Below, piece after piece: positions 48,788-57,659 of a DNA stretch of 64,000 nt (its first letter is position 1; every line of letters starts with the position of its first letter). The DNA comes from Clostridia bacterium. Lineage in GTDB: Bacteria > Bacillota > Clostridia > Oscillospirales > CAG-382. Both the position numbers and the translations under genes were made by a program. The stretch covers positions 12,170-76,169 of the forward strand of contig JAFOBR010000013.1 in NCBI GenBank assembly GCA_017381715.1. Direction: 5' to 3'. The notes below the pieces were generated by a model that saw nothing but the letters and a program-made list of their open reading frames with translations, did no database searches and had not been told where the DNA came from.

Positions 48788-51574
48788 TTAGCAGGTATAA
48801 TCCAAATTTTTCACCATACTGACAGCTTGGAAATCAAATTCCGAAAGATCGTATTCTATGTTTTCTTTCGGGATTTCTATAAACATATAGTAATGTGTCA
48901 TCCAATACTTCTCTTGCTTATCTCTGTCTTTATCCATATCCCAAACAAAATATAACGTTTGGGGATGATCGTCTTCTCCAACAGTATATACTCCCGTACC
49001 CTTGCAATCAAAGGTAGGTACGTATGATATAAACTTTATGAGATAATTATCTTCAAACCATTCATCTGTGTATTTCGTTATAAACTTTTCATAGTTTTCT
49101 GTGTCGTAGCACATATTATGATAGTCATCGAAAACCAGCCGTTCCGGATCGGTAATAAAGAATCCGTTATTAAAATTCCCTGCGATACCGTGGTTTTCAT
49201 ACACAAGAGGCATTTTTACAACTTCCACACTGTAATCTAATTCTATATTTTCCAGCTTGCCTTTAAGTGAAGGCTCTTTGGAAAGCTTATAACCGTTAGA
49301 TTCGGCTTCTTTCGTTTCCATTGCTCTAACGAAGAAGACATTATGGATAATTTCATTTCCGTCCTCGTCTTTTACGGTATATCTTTCACCTATATCATAA
49401 GGAATATCCTTCTTTGATATCTCTATAAACGCTTTGGAACCATAGGTAAGATCCCAATCGAAGTTCGGATCTCCTTCATCGTATATAAAAAGCATTTTGG
49501 GTTGTTTTCCGTCTTCAAAATGGAATCCTATATGCTTCAGGTTGATTTCCTTTTCGACACCGTGTAAAACAATCAGCCAGTTATCTTCAAACCATGCGTC
49601 GGTATACTTTTTTATCCACTCGTTGTAGGAAGGATCGCCTTTATCGGGTTTCCAAAACTCTTTTACATGTTCACCTATAAGCAATTCTTCCGGCGATAGT
49701 ACTATGCCTCCGTCCCACGGCCACTGTCCCGCTGCATAAAGAGGGTCCAACACAGGAACGGTGATAACGTTTACTTCAAAAGGAATATCAAGAAATTCCA
49801 CATCGCCTTTAATTTCGGGGATATTCGTTTCCGGCTTACTTGTTTCGGGGATTTTTTCGCTTTCCCAACCTAAAATCGTGCTGTCAATAGCGTTTACCTT
49901 TACTCTGTATTCGTTGTCTTCGGTTTTCAACGTTACCAAGTAGACCATTTTTTCGCTATCGAATTTATGGGACACGCTTTGTACTTTTATATCAAGCCCC
50001 TGCTCTGTTCGCAGATACGCAATAGCCGCGTCTCTCGCCGCCAACGCTGTAATATAGTCTTTTTTGTCGATGCTTGTTTCGGGCGACTGCGAAGATTGAC
50101 TTTCATTGTCCGGCGGAATTGAAAGATTTAATTTATATGAAAATATAACGCATTGTTTTCCTTGTTGCAGTACAGATACAGAAACGAGGGCATTTTCAGT
50201 ATCAACAGAGTCTATATTTTCAATTCTCTGGGTGAACATATAATTGTTCGCCAGCGAATATACGATAACCTTATCACTTCCACGCACGTAGATATAATAA
50301 TAGCCGCACCACTCCTGATAATCCGTAACATTTTCGGCAAGAAGCATTTTTTCTCCTATGCCAAACAAAGGTGAAACGTACAAGGAGTACACCGATTTGT
50401 GACTATCGCGAGTTACCTCAAAAAGATCCTGCTGTGTGAATTCATAGTTTTCGGTTACATCAGCGCAGTCGGACAGACGAATGACAACAGATTCGCTGTA
50501 GTCGGTTTCACTATTAAAAGCTGTTTGAAATATAGCGGCATCTTCTCTTGCGGTGAACTTTTTAAATGTTCCCGAAACGAAAAAGCTGTTTCCCGTCATC
50601 AGATCGTAAATTTTCCAACGAGTTGCTGTGCCGTTCATACTCGCGGCAACGCTTCCGAAATAGTATGCATGCAAATAATATCTGCCGTCAGGTGAAAAAA
50701 CGCCGTTTTTACCCGCACAATATTCATCGGTAGGGGACGTTATCTCCGTTTTTGTCCTTACGTCGGTATTGTAAACAAAGATTCGATATCCTTTATCTGT
50801 AGCTTTATATGTGGCGATATTCTTATAATCTGCAGATATTTTAAAGATATTTCCCGAAGGAAGCTCCTTAATTCCGCCTGTTTCCAAATTTGCCTTATAT
50901 AACTTTCCCGCAACTTCCACGGTACACCATTCGTTGCTTGCGCCAAGCTCTACGAGATTAATATCGAAGCAAGTGATACCGTGGCCCAAAACATTTTTGG
51001 AATCAAGTTCAATTATTCGGTTACCAAGACTGAAAATTTCGCATGTTTGGATATCGTAAATTATGTTATGCCCCATTTCCGCTATGACATCCTTGTATTC
51101 GGGCCATTTACATGTAAGCTGGATGTATCTGTCGTTTAATTGATATGCGGCGTATACCCACTCAGGAAAGCTATACGTGTTTTTTTCTGTTGCCGACATT
51201 AATCTGACTGCGCTTTGCTTTTGTGCTATCGTAAGATCGGCATTACCGCTGAGTCCCAGTCCTTTCGCAGCAAACTCGCCCGGAGCATACCAATCCTGCA
51301 ATCCTTCAAAGCAGACAATCTCGTTTGAAAAGCGCAATGTGTCTTCTTTGCCGCGTAGTTTATATATAACTGCGCCTATCGCAAGAAACAGTATAAGGCA
51401 AGCAGCTAATGCCGCAACGTATTTATAATTAAAAATACGTTTTCTTTTTGGCAAAGCTTTGATCATATCTTTTTCCGAAACGCCGGCAAGGATATCGTCT
51501 TTCGGCATCGCAAAGCTTTCGGCTTCTGCGGTATAATATTCTTTTAATGCTTTTTCAATGTCTGTAGCTTTCAT
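48788..51574 (-). CDS. Large single-pass membrane protein (anti-sigma-like position): beta-propeller-like region + PepSY domain + two C-terminal repeats
   Basis: ATG 51574 follows GGAGGA, 1 nt after the sigma stop. The TM helix is YVAALAACLILFLAIGAVIY. TolB-like strings include ...SPDGRYYLHAYY.... The PepSY-like segment is ...ARDAAIAYLRTEQGLDIKVQSVSHKFDSEKMVYLVTLKTEDNEYRVKVNAIDSTILGWE. The duplicated module carries KYTDAWFEDNWLI and KYTDEWFEDNYLI. Confidence 0.8.
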   Translation of the reverse strand: MKATDIEKALKEYYTAEAESFAMPKDDILAGVSEKDMIKALPKRKRIFNYKYVAALAACLILFLAIGAVIYKLRGKEDTLRFSNEIVCFEGLQDWYAPGEFAAKGLGLSGNADLTIAQKQSAVRLMSATEKNTYSFPEWVYAAYQLNDRYIQLTCKWPEYKDVIAEMGHNIIYDIQTCEIFSLGNRIIELDSKNVLGHGITCFDINLVELGASNEWCTVEVAGKLYKANLETGGIKELPSGNIFKISADYKNIATYKATDKGYRIFVYNTDVRTKTEITSPTDEYCAGKNGVFSPDGRYYLHAYYFGSVAASMNGTATRWKIYDLMTGNSFFVSGTFKKFTAREDAAIFQTAFNSETDYSESVVIRLSDCADVTENYEFTQQDLFEVTRDSHKSVYSLYVSPLFGIGEKMLLAENVTDYQEWCGYYYIYVRGSDKVIVYSLANNYMFTQRIENIDSVDTENALVSVSVLQQGKQCVIFSYKLNLSIPPDNESQSSQSPETSIDKKDYITALAARDAAIAYLRTEQGLDIKVQSVSHKFDSEKMVYLVTLKTEDNEYRVKVNAIDSTILGWESEKIPETSKPETNIPEIKGDVEFLDIPFEVNVITVPVLDPLYAAGQWPWDGGIVLSPEELLIGEHVKEFWKPDKGDPSYNEWIKKYTDAWFEDNWLIVLHGVEKEINLKHIGFHFEDGKQPKMLFIYDEGDPNFDWDLTYGSKAFIEISKKDIPYDIGERYTVKDEDGNEIIHNVFFVRAMETKEAESNGYKLSKEPSLKGKLENIELDYSVEVVKMPLVYENHGIAGNFNNGFFITDPERLVFDDYHNMCYDTENYEKFITKYTDEWFEDNYLIKFISYVPTFDCKGTGVYTVGEDDHPQTLYFVWDMDKDRDKQEKYWMTHYYMFIEIPKENIEYDLSEFDFQAVSMVKNLDYTC

Positions 51575-51575
51575 T

Positions 51576-52121
51576 TTACCGTCCTCCTTCACAGTAGTTT
51601 TTAAGCTTTTCCAACGCACGCTGATATTTTTTGCGCACCAATACCGTGTTCTTTTCGATTACGTTTGCTATCTCCGAATGAGAAAGACCTGCGTAAATAC
51701 GAAGCTTTACTATCAGCTTTTCTTCATCGGAAAGAGTGTTCAGCGCATCCCGAAGCATAATTTGTTGAAGCGTTTGGGGCTCAAAAGCACTTTGAGCTTT
51801 TTCTTTTTCCGAAATTTCTTCCAAAGATAAAGTGTGCTTTTTTTCTTTGACCTTGTCTACAGCGCTGTTTCTTGTTACCTTCAATACTCACGCTTTAGGG
51901 TTTGTTCCCTTTTTATAGGTATGTGAAAGGCGGAGGATCCGTATCATCGTATCCTGCAGCACGTCTTCTGCTTCCCCAAAATCTCCCGTTATCTGGTATG
52001 CAACGGAAAGTATCATACGCCCGTATTCATTATAAACACGTTCAAGTGCTTTTTTGTTTCCCGAAGCGATTTCCGTAATGGCAATATCGCAAGGGTCTGC
52101 TAAATTCAAAAACAGGATCAT
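51576..52121 (-). pseudogene. ECF sigma factor interrupted by an in-frame TGA at the conserved Trp codon
   Basis: Track ORFs 51888..52121 (region 2: ...EAEDVLQDTMIRILR...GTNPKA*) and 51576..51884 (...VLKVTRNSAVDKVK...; region 4: ...LSHSEIANVIEKNTVLVRKKYQRALEKL) are in the same frame. Both ends are 0 mod 3, and only TGA 51888-51890 separates them. Confidence 0.8.
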
Positions 52122-52239
52122 ATAAACACCTCACTTTCCGGTTTCATACTATATAACCGAAGATTTTGTTAAAACGTGACATTAAACAGCAAAATTTTTC
52201 CATATTGCAAGAAGAGAATATCCGATATCATATTAACAC

Positions 52240-52267
52240 AAAAGACTGTGTTTTACCACAGTCTTTT
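52240..52267 (-). terminator. Terminator after the PepSY anti-sigma gene
   Basis: AAAAGACTGTG (52240-52250) pairs with CACAGTCTTTT (52257-52267). On the minus strand UUUUGUGUU follows the stem. Confidence 0.7.
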
Positions 52268-52282
52268 ATTTTTCATATTAAC

Positions 52283-53736
52283 TTAATCATCGGTGTCCCG
52301 CTCATAGCATATTATCTCGCCGGTATCTGCATTCACCTCGGCTTCGTATTCGTATTTGCCGGAAATGAATTCTATCTCGTATTTCCATACGTTATCATCG
52401 TGATCAAGCTCAATATTCAAACGGGAAATATCATCTTCCGCAAGTCCCGCACGGTCGAGCACCTTTTTAAGTGCTTGTTCTTTTGTAATAAGTCCGTTTT
52501 CTTCGGAATTACCGCTTGAATTATCTTCATAATGATAATATCTGTCCGATTCCACGGAGAGAACTTCGCGCGTCTTTGCGTTAACCTCGAATTCGTATTC
52601 GATACCCTTATAAGAAACCTCGGCTTCGCATATGAGCACGCCGTCATCGTATTGGAACTTATATTCAAACCGTTCCACTCCTGTCTTTCTGGGCAGTATG
52701 CGGATATAATATCCTCGACCTCTTTTGCCGAAACGTATTCTCCTACAGCGCCACCGATCAAAACATCTCTGTTCTTCTTTTCACAGGAGATGATGTTGCC
52801 GTTTACGGCATTTACTTCTATCTCGTATCTAACACCTTCGACAACAAATTCAACCTCATAAATCATCATACCGTCATCGTGTTCGAACTCTACCTTTATG
52901 CTTCCGTATACCATATCTTCGGTAACCTTTGCATACTCAAGGGCGGCAGCTTTGGATTTTTCAACACCTATATACGCCTTATCGCTGGCAGAACCTACAA
53001 ATTCTCCCTTAAGTTCTGCGCCTATCTCTTGCAACAGCAGGGACAGCTCATTTATTCCCAGTTTAGCCAGAGATTCGGGATCGTATTTTGCGTTATTTGC
53101 GCAGAGAGAAAGGATAAGCTGTGCTTTGCCCAAGGAAATGCCCAGTTTATCTGCAAGATATGCGGAATCGGTATCGTTTTTATCTATCTGCAAAGCGATA
53201 ACCGCACCCTCTGCATTCTCGGTGGTTATAAGACCGCTGATAATAGCATTAAGCTTTTCACGCAAGGCGGCATTTTTATCCGCATTTCCGTTATCAACGC
53301 TTACCAGCACCGAATTTGCCAGTTCATCAATATATCCGCCGGTTATCATAGATCCGATAAGGGCATTGAGAGCAACCTCTATCTTTGTTCCCGTAAGGTC
53401 CATATTGCCAATGATTTTTTGACCGTCCTCATTCAGCGCCTTTATATCTACCACAACGTCTTTTCTGTTTAATTTAATTTCAATACTGGGGTTAACATCA
53501 ATGGATACCACGCTGGCAACAGCGTTGTTCCCCATATATGCCAGCACGCCTGCAAAAACACCGAACAGCATAACGAATGCTGCCGCGGCGGCAACGATAG
53601 CTATGGGTAATCTTCTTTTTTGTTTCACGAGCATCGCCGTTCCTTTCCCGCTTACGCTGTCAGAAACAACGGTTTCGAGAATATCGGGGGTGATAGCTGT
53701 AAAAGCATTTTTAATTTTGTTTTCTGTTTGTTTCAT
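52283..53736 (-). pseudogene. Anti-sigma-like membrane protein with three PepSY domains, split by a 1-nt frameshift
   Basis: ORF 52417..53736 gives sensible protein up to ...AKEVEDIISAYCPE and then 87 codons of implausible read-on. ORF 52283..52678, offset by one frame, continues with (V)ERFEYKFQYDDGVLICEAEVSYKGIEYEFEVNAKT... and a third PepSY domain. The junction is at the A-run ccagAAAgacagg (52681-52693). Confidence 0.8.
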
Positions 53737-54311
53737 TCCGTTCCTCCGTCAGCAAGTATCTTTCTTAATTTTCGTATTGCGCGGCTGTACTTTGATAAAA
53801 CAGTGGGAAGCGGCAAGGAGAGGAGCTCCGCTATTTCTCTGTGCTTGAACCCCGAAACCGCGTGGAGAGTAACGATACGCAATTCCTCATCCGAAAGCTT
53901 TTCCATACAAGTGCGTACAACCACTGTATCCTCAACGGAAAGTCCCGTTGCCTTCGCAAGAGTATCTTCCCAATTTTCCGGGCAATAATCAGCGTTCTTC
54001 GCTCTGTTTCTAAGCTTCATAAGACAGTGATTTTTTGTTATGGTGAGCATCCAAGCTAACGGTTTTCCTTTATCCTCGTAGCTTACCGCAGAAGCGGAAA
54101 CGGTAAGGTACACATCGTGCATAACGTCTTCCGCATCGTGACTGTTTTTCAAAATTGACAGCGCAAAGGAGTATATACTTACAGAAGTTAATTTATACAG
54201 TTCACCCAGACTTTGAATATCTCCGGCGGCAACCGAAGAAATTAATTCCGCCAGTTCACCATTATCGGTGTGAACGATTTTACGAGCCGTCGACAAGCTG
54301 CTCAATATCAT
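53733..54311 (-). CDS. ECF (sigma-70 family) sigma factor
   Basis: ATG 54311 is 8 nt after AAAGGAGG; the track start is 54329. Region 2 reads ...HDAEDVMHDVYL...PLAWMLTITKNHCLMKLR, and region 4 reads ...FKHREIAELLSLPLPTVLSKYSRAIRKLR. Its stop overlaps the anti-sigma start (ATGA). Confidence 0.9.
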   Translation of the reverse strand: MILSSLSTARKIVHTDNGELAELISSVAAGDIQSLGELYKLTSVSIYSFALSILKNSHDAEDVMHDVYLTVSASAVSYEDKGKPLAWMLTITKNHCLMKLRNRAKNADYCPENWEDTLAKATGLSVEDTVVVRTCMEKLSDEELRIVTLHAVSGFKHREIAELLSLPLPTVLSKYSRAIRKLRKILADGGTE

Positions 54312-54372
54312 CTGTAATCCTCCTTTCATAACATTAACGCGGAAATCGCCGGTTTTATTGCAAACAAAAAAT

Positions 54373-54954
54373 TTATTTTTTAATTTTTTCCCATTTTTCT
54401 TTTGTAAGAGAATAATAATGGATAATTCTGTCCTCTCCCTTTACGTTAAGAGGCTCTTCACCTACCTTAATAAAATCAAATCCCAAACGTCCGGCAAGGC
54501 GCATTGACGGTTTATTCTCTTCCATTATACGAAGGTTCACTTTTTCCAGTCCTATTCTGTCAAAGGCGACGGAAAGAACGGCTAAAACAGCTTCGCTCAT
54601 ATATCCGTTTCCCTGATATGCGGGATTAAGGACGTAACCTACCTCACCGGTGTTGTTTCCAAAATCAAAATCTGCAAAACCGGTGGTGCCGATAAGCCTG
54701 CCTTCACTTTTCAGAAAAACGCCCCAATCCGCATACATCCCTTTTTTGTACTGTCTGTTCAGAAATTCTATATATCCCCGTGTATCGTCAATATTAAGAT
54801 GGGGAGACCAAAGCAAAAATCTGGTAACCGAATTCAAGGAAGCATATGAATACATATCCTCCGCATCCGAAACCGATATCTTTTTGAGGGTAAGTCTGTC
54901 CGTTTCTATTTGAGGAAGGTCGCGAAACACCCTTCTGAAATTCATATTATTCAT
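54373..54954 (-). CDS. GNAT family N-acetyltransferase (RimJ/RimL-like)
   Basis: ...TDRLTLKKIS... and ...GEVGYVLNPAYQGNGYMSEAV...NKPSMRLAGRLGF.... ATG 54954 is 8 nt after GGGAG; the track start is 54963. Confidence 0.85.
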   Translation of the reverse strand: MNNMNFRRVFRDLPQIETDRLTLKKISVSDAEDMYSYASLNSVTRFLLWSPHLNIDDTRGYIEFLNRQYKKGMYADWGVFLKSEGRLIGTTGFADFDFGNNTGEVGYVLNPAYQGNGYMSEAVLAVLSVAFDRIGLEKVNLRIMEENKPSMRLAGRLGFDFIKVGEEPLNVKGEDRIIHYYSLTKEKWEKIKK

Positions 54955-55057
54955 AACCAACACTCCCGATTAGTCATTTTGTAATAATTATACTATCTCT
55001 TTTTGTGCATTTCAATATATGTTTAATAAATATTAATATTTTCAATGGAAATTTACC

Positions 55058-55086
55058 TTGACACCGGCAACGCAATAGTGTATAAT
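55058..55086 (+). promoter_or_regulatory. Perfect-consensus sigma-A promoter of the 801-aa lipoprotein gene
   Basis: TTGACA (55058-55063), exactly 17 nt, then TATAAT (55081-55086). It lies 31 nt upstream of ATG 55117. Confidence 0.65.
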
Positions 55087-55116
55087 TCATATGATTAGAT
55101 ACTTGGAGGTACCGTA

Positions 55117-57522
55117 ATGAAAAATCGCGTTGCAGCATTATTGCTGATCGTACTCATGCTCTTACCCGTCCTGGCTTCTTGTAGCAAAGAAGTTCCCCCT
55201 ACAGAGACAGAGGTAACCGTTTATACTCTTCATATGATTAAGGGAGATACCACTACCGAAGAGGCTATAAAGAAAGTGGAACTTGCCCTTAACCGTATAT
55301 TGTTCTACCGTCTGGGCAGCTGTGTTGAAATACACGCTTATACCGAAGACGAGTATTACGACGTCATTGAAGCAAAATATGCTGAAATGGAAGAGTACAA
55401 GCTTAAAAAAGAAGAAGAAAAGAAAAACAACAAAGATAAAGACAAAGATAAGAACAAGAACGAATCTTCCGAGGAAGTTTCTGTTGACGTTTTCACCGGC
55501 GATGATTACCTTGATCTGCTTATGGATGGCGGCGAATACGTAAGAGAGGAACCCAGATTCGATATCTTCCTTATCAATGACTACGATAAGTATTACGAAC
55601 TCGCAACCGATGGCAAGCTTTCCGCTATCAATGAAATTCTCAACAGCGAATGCAAAATACTTAAAGACTATATCCACCCCACAATTCTTTCTGCTGCTGT
55701 TATAGACAAAAAGACTTACGGCGTTCCTCTTAACACCATTATCGGCGAATATTCCTATATGGTGTTTGACAAAGAACTTCTTGACCAGCACGGCGTTGAT
55801 TACCAGACTATGAAATCTCTGGATGACCTTCAGGATTATCTTTCTGTTATCGCAGAACAGAATCCCGATGTCATTCCCCTTTCCAACACTGCGGATCCTA
55901 CCTCTGTTGACTACATATTCAGCTCTCTCTCCCCTGCTTATGTAAAGGATAAATACGTTTATTCTTCCTTCGAAAGCAACGAGCTTGCTTCCTATTATTC
56001 CGTTATCCAGATGTTTAACTCCATGGGTTATCTCCGTGAAGCCGACGAGGATGACAGAGTTGCAGTTCAGTTCATTTCCGGTAACGAAGAAACTATCGCA
56101 AAGCTTGAGGCTGAAACCGGCAGAGAATACGAATACACCGTATACAGCAATCCTGTTGCTACCAATGATAACTGTATAAACGGTATCTTCGCATTCAGCT
56201 CCTTCTGTACCGCTAACGAGCTTAAGGCAGCAATGGAACTTGTTGCGGCTATCTACACCAACCCCGAGCTTGCAAATATCTTTGCATACGGTGTTGAAGG
56301 CGAACACTACCTCCTTAATGATGACGGTCAGGTAGAACGCAGAAACGAAGATTATATTATCGACCCCGAATATTCCGGCAACCGTTTCCTTACCTACACC
56401 CTTGCAGGTGATGATGCAGACAAATGGGAAAAGGCTAAGCTCCAGAACCTTAACGCTAAAGTTGCTGTTGATATCGGCTTTACTCTCCAGCCCAATGAAT
56501 TCACTTGGGAAATTGAAGTAGAAGACGAAGACGGCAAGAAGACAAAGGAAGAAATTATCGTTGCTTCTCCCAATTATATCGATATCATCAACAAGATTTC
56601 TTCTAAGTACTATTACGATATAGTAAACGGTAAGGCACTTGAACTTGATCTCGAAGCACTTTATGCAGAAGCTGAAGCAGGTATCGAAGATACTCTCCGT
56701 GCAAATCTGCAGAACACATACGCTTCCAGAATTCAGAACAATTACTCCAACACTATTTCCGCAAGATACGGTCTTGAAACCGCAGAAGGCAAAAAGCTTT
56801 ACGCTGAAGCTGAAAAAGAGATCAACGATTCTCTCTTCACTCAGGTTAAAAATGACCTTGAAGTAAAGCACAGAAAAATAATAACCGAAGAACTTACTCC
56901 CTTGTATGATGATGAAGAAAAGCTTAAGGCAGCTGTTGAAGAACGCTTGGTAAAGCTTTTGACCGAGGACTTTATAAATCTTACCCTGCAAAACGAATAT
57001 GCAGATAAGATAGATGAATTTATTATGTCCAAGTTTAACCAGACTGTTCAGTCCAAGGTTGATGCTGCTGTTAAGCTTTATCTGCAGACTGACAATTATA
57101 CCGCTGAATACGAGGCTGCTATCACTTCTGATGAATTCGAAGCAGAACTCGAAGAAGCACTTAACTCCGACCTTTCCGCTACAATAAGCACCTCCGTTAA
57201 TACTCTTATCACTACTATGATGACCGATTATTTCGCAGTTATTATAGCTGAGTGCAACGAAGAACTTGAAATCGCCCTCGAAGATTTTATCGCAGAGGTT
57301 GTTGCAGCTTCCGAAAAGTATGACGGCGAAGAGGCTATGACAGAAGACGAAGTTCGCTTTGAACTGGGTCTTATGACCAAGGAAACCGAATCCGACGAAG
57401 AAGGTAATATTACCAGCGAAACCTACGTTCCCGTTGACATTACCGCTTACGAGTACGTGATCAAGGAAATCACCAACCAGTATTACAATATGTTCGGTGA
57501 CCCCACCAAGCCCGCAGCTTAA
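55117..57522 (+). CDS. Lipoprotein, solute-binding-protein-like core with a long acidic helical C-terminal extension
   Basis: The protein is 801 aa with lipobox LPVLASC and a K/D/N-rich linker (KDKDKDKNKNESSEE). The middle region resembles family-1 sugar SBPs (...DIFLINDYDKYYELATDGKL...KKTYGVPLNTIIGEYSYMVFDKELL...). The last ~330 aa are E/A/L-rich. Confidence 0.8.
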   Translation: MKNRVAALLLIVLMLLPVLASCSKEVPPTETEVTVYTLHMIKGDTTTEEAIKKVELALNRILFYRLGSCVEIHAYTEDEYYDVIEAKYAEMEEYKLKKEEEKKNNKDKDKDKNKNESSEEVSVDVFTGDDYLDLLMDGGEYVREEPRFDIFLINDYDKYYELATDGKLSAINEILNSECKILKDYIHPTILSAAVIDKKTYGVPLNTIIGEYSYMVFDKELLDQHGVDYQTMKSLDDLQDYLSVIAEQNPDVIPLSNTADPTSVDYIFSSLSPAYVKDKYVYSSFESNELASYYSVIQMFNSMGYLREADEDDRVAVQFISGNEETIAKLEAETGREYEYTVYSNPVATNDNCINGIFAFSSFCTANELKAAMELVAAIYTNPELANIFAYGVEGEHYLLNDDGQVERRNEDYIIDPEYSGNRFLTYTLAGDDADKWEKAKLQNLNAKVAVDIGFTLQPNEFTWEIEVEDEDGKKTKEEIIVASPNYIDIINKISSKYYYDIVNGKALELDLEALYAEAEAGIEDTLRANLQNTYASRIQNNYSNTISARYGLETAEGKKLYAEAEKEINDSLFTQVKNDLEVKHRKIITEELTPLYDDEEKLKAAVEERLVKLLTEDFINLTLQNEYADKIDEFIMSKFNQTVQSKVDAAVKLYLQTDNYTAEYEAAITSDEFEAELEEALNSDLSATISTSVNTLITTMMTDYFAVIIAECNEELEIALEDFIAEVVAASEKYDGEEAMTEDEVRFELGLMTKETESDEEGNITSETYVPVDITAYEYVIKEITNQYYNMFGDPTKPAA

Positions 57523-57536
57523 TCAATACAACAAAC

Positions 57537-57570
57537 AAACGCCCGAAGTTAATTCGGGCGTTGTTTTTAA
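57537..57570 (+). terminator. Rho-independent terminator of the lipoprotein gene
   Basis: ACGCCCGAA (57539-57547) pairs with TTCGGGCGT (57553-57561), then TGTTTTT. Confidence 0.75.
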
Positions 57571-57594
57571 AAACGTAACTTTTAAAGGCAATTT

Positions 57595-57626
57595 AAACAC
57601 CGCCGGAAAAATTCCCGGCGGTGTTT
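57595..57626 (-). terminator. Terminator after the LRR lipoprotein gene (also palindromic for the + strand)
   Basis: AAACACCGCCGG (57595-57606) pairs with CCGGCGGTGTTT (57615-57626), a perfect 12-bp stem. Confidence 0.7.
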
Positions 57627-57659
57627 TGTTTCATATAACCGAAGTCAATCGTTAGTAGA

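Noticed and set aside
51888-51890. In-frame TGA considered as evidence for an alternative genetic code (UGA=Trp or Gly).
   Set aside because: TGA clearly terminates spoVAC (2216-2218), spoVAD (3202-3204) and murC (48464-48466) at positions where homologs end. The genome therefore uses the standard table 11.
52417-52678. The C-terminal 87 residues of the 439-aa ORF (…EWNGLNISSNTMTACSYAKPRF…).
   Set aside because: This is read-on in the wrong frame after the frameshift. It overlaps the frame that encodes two clean PepSY domains and has no protein-like pattern.
55405-55465. Repetitive aaagataaagacaaagataagaacaagaac stretch, considered as a possible repeat array or CRISPR-like element.
   Set aside because: It is a short in-frame K/D/N-rich linker (KKNNKDKDKDKNKNE) inside the lipoprotein gene. 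There are no spacers or repeat-unit structure, and no CRISPR-like arrays occur anywhere in the window.
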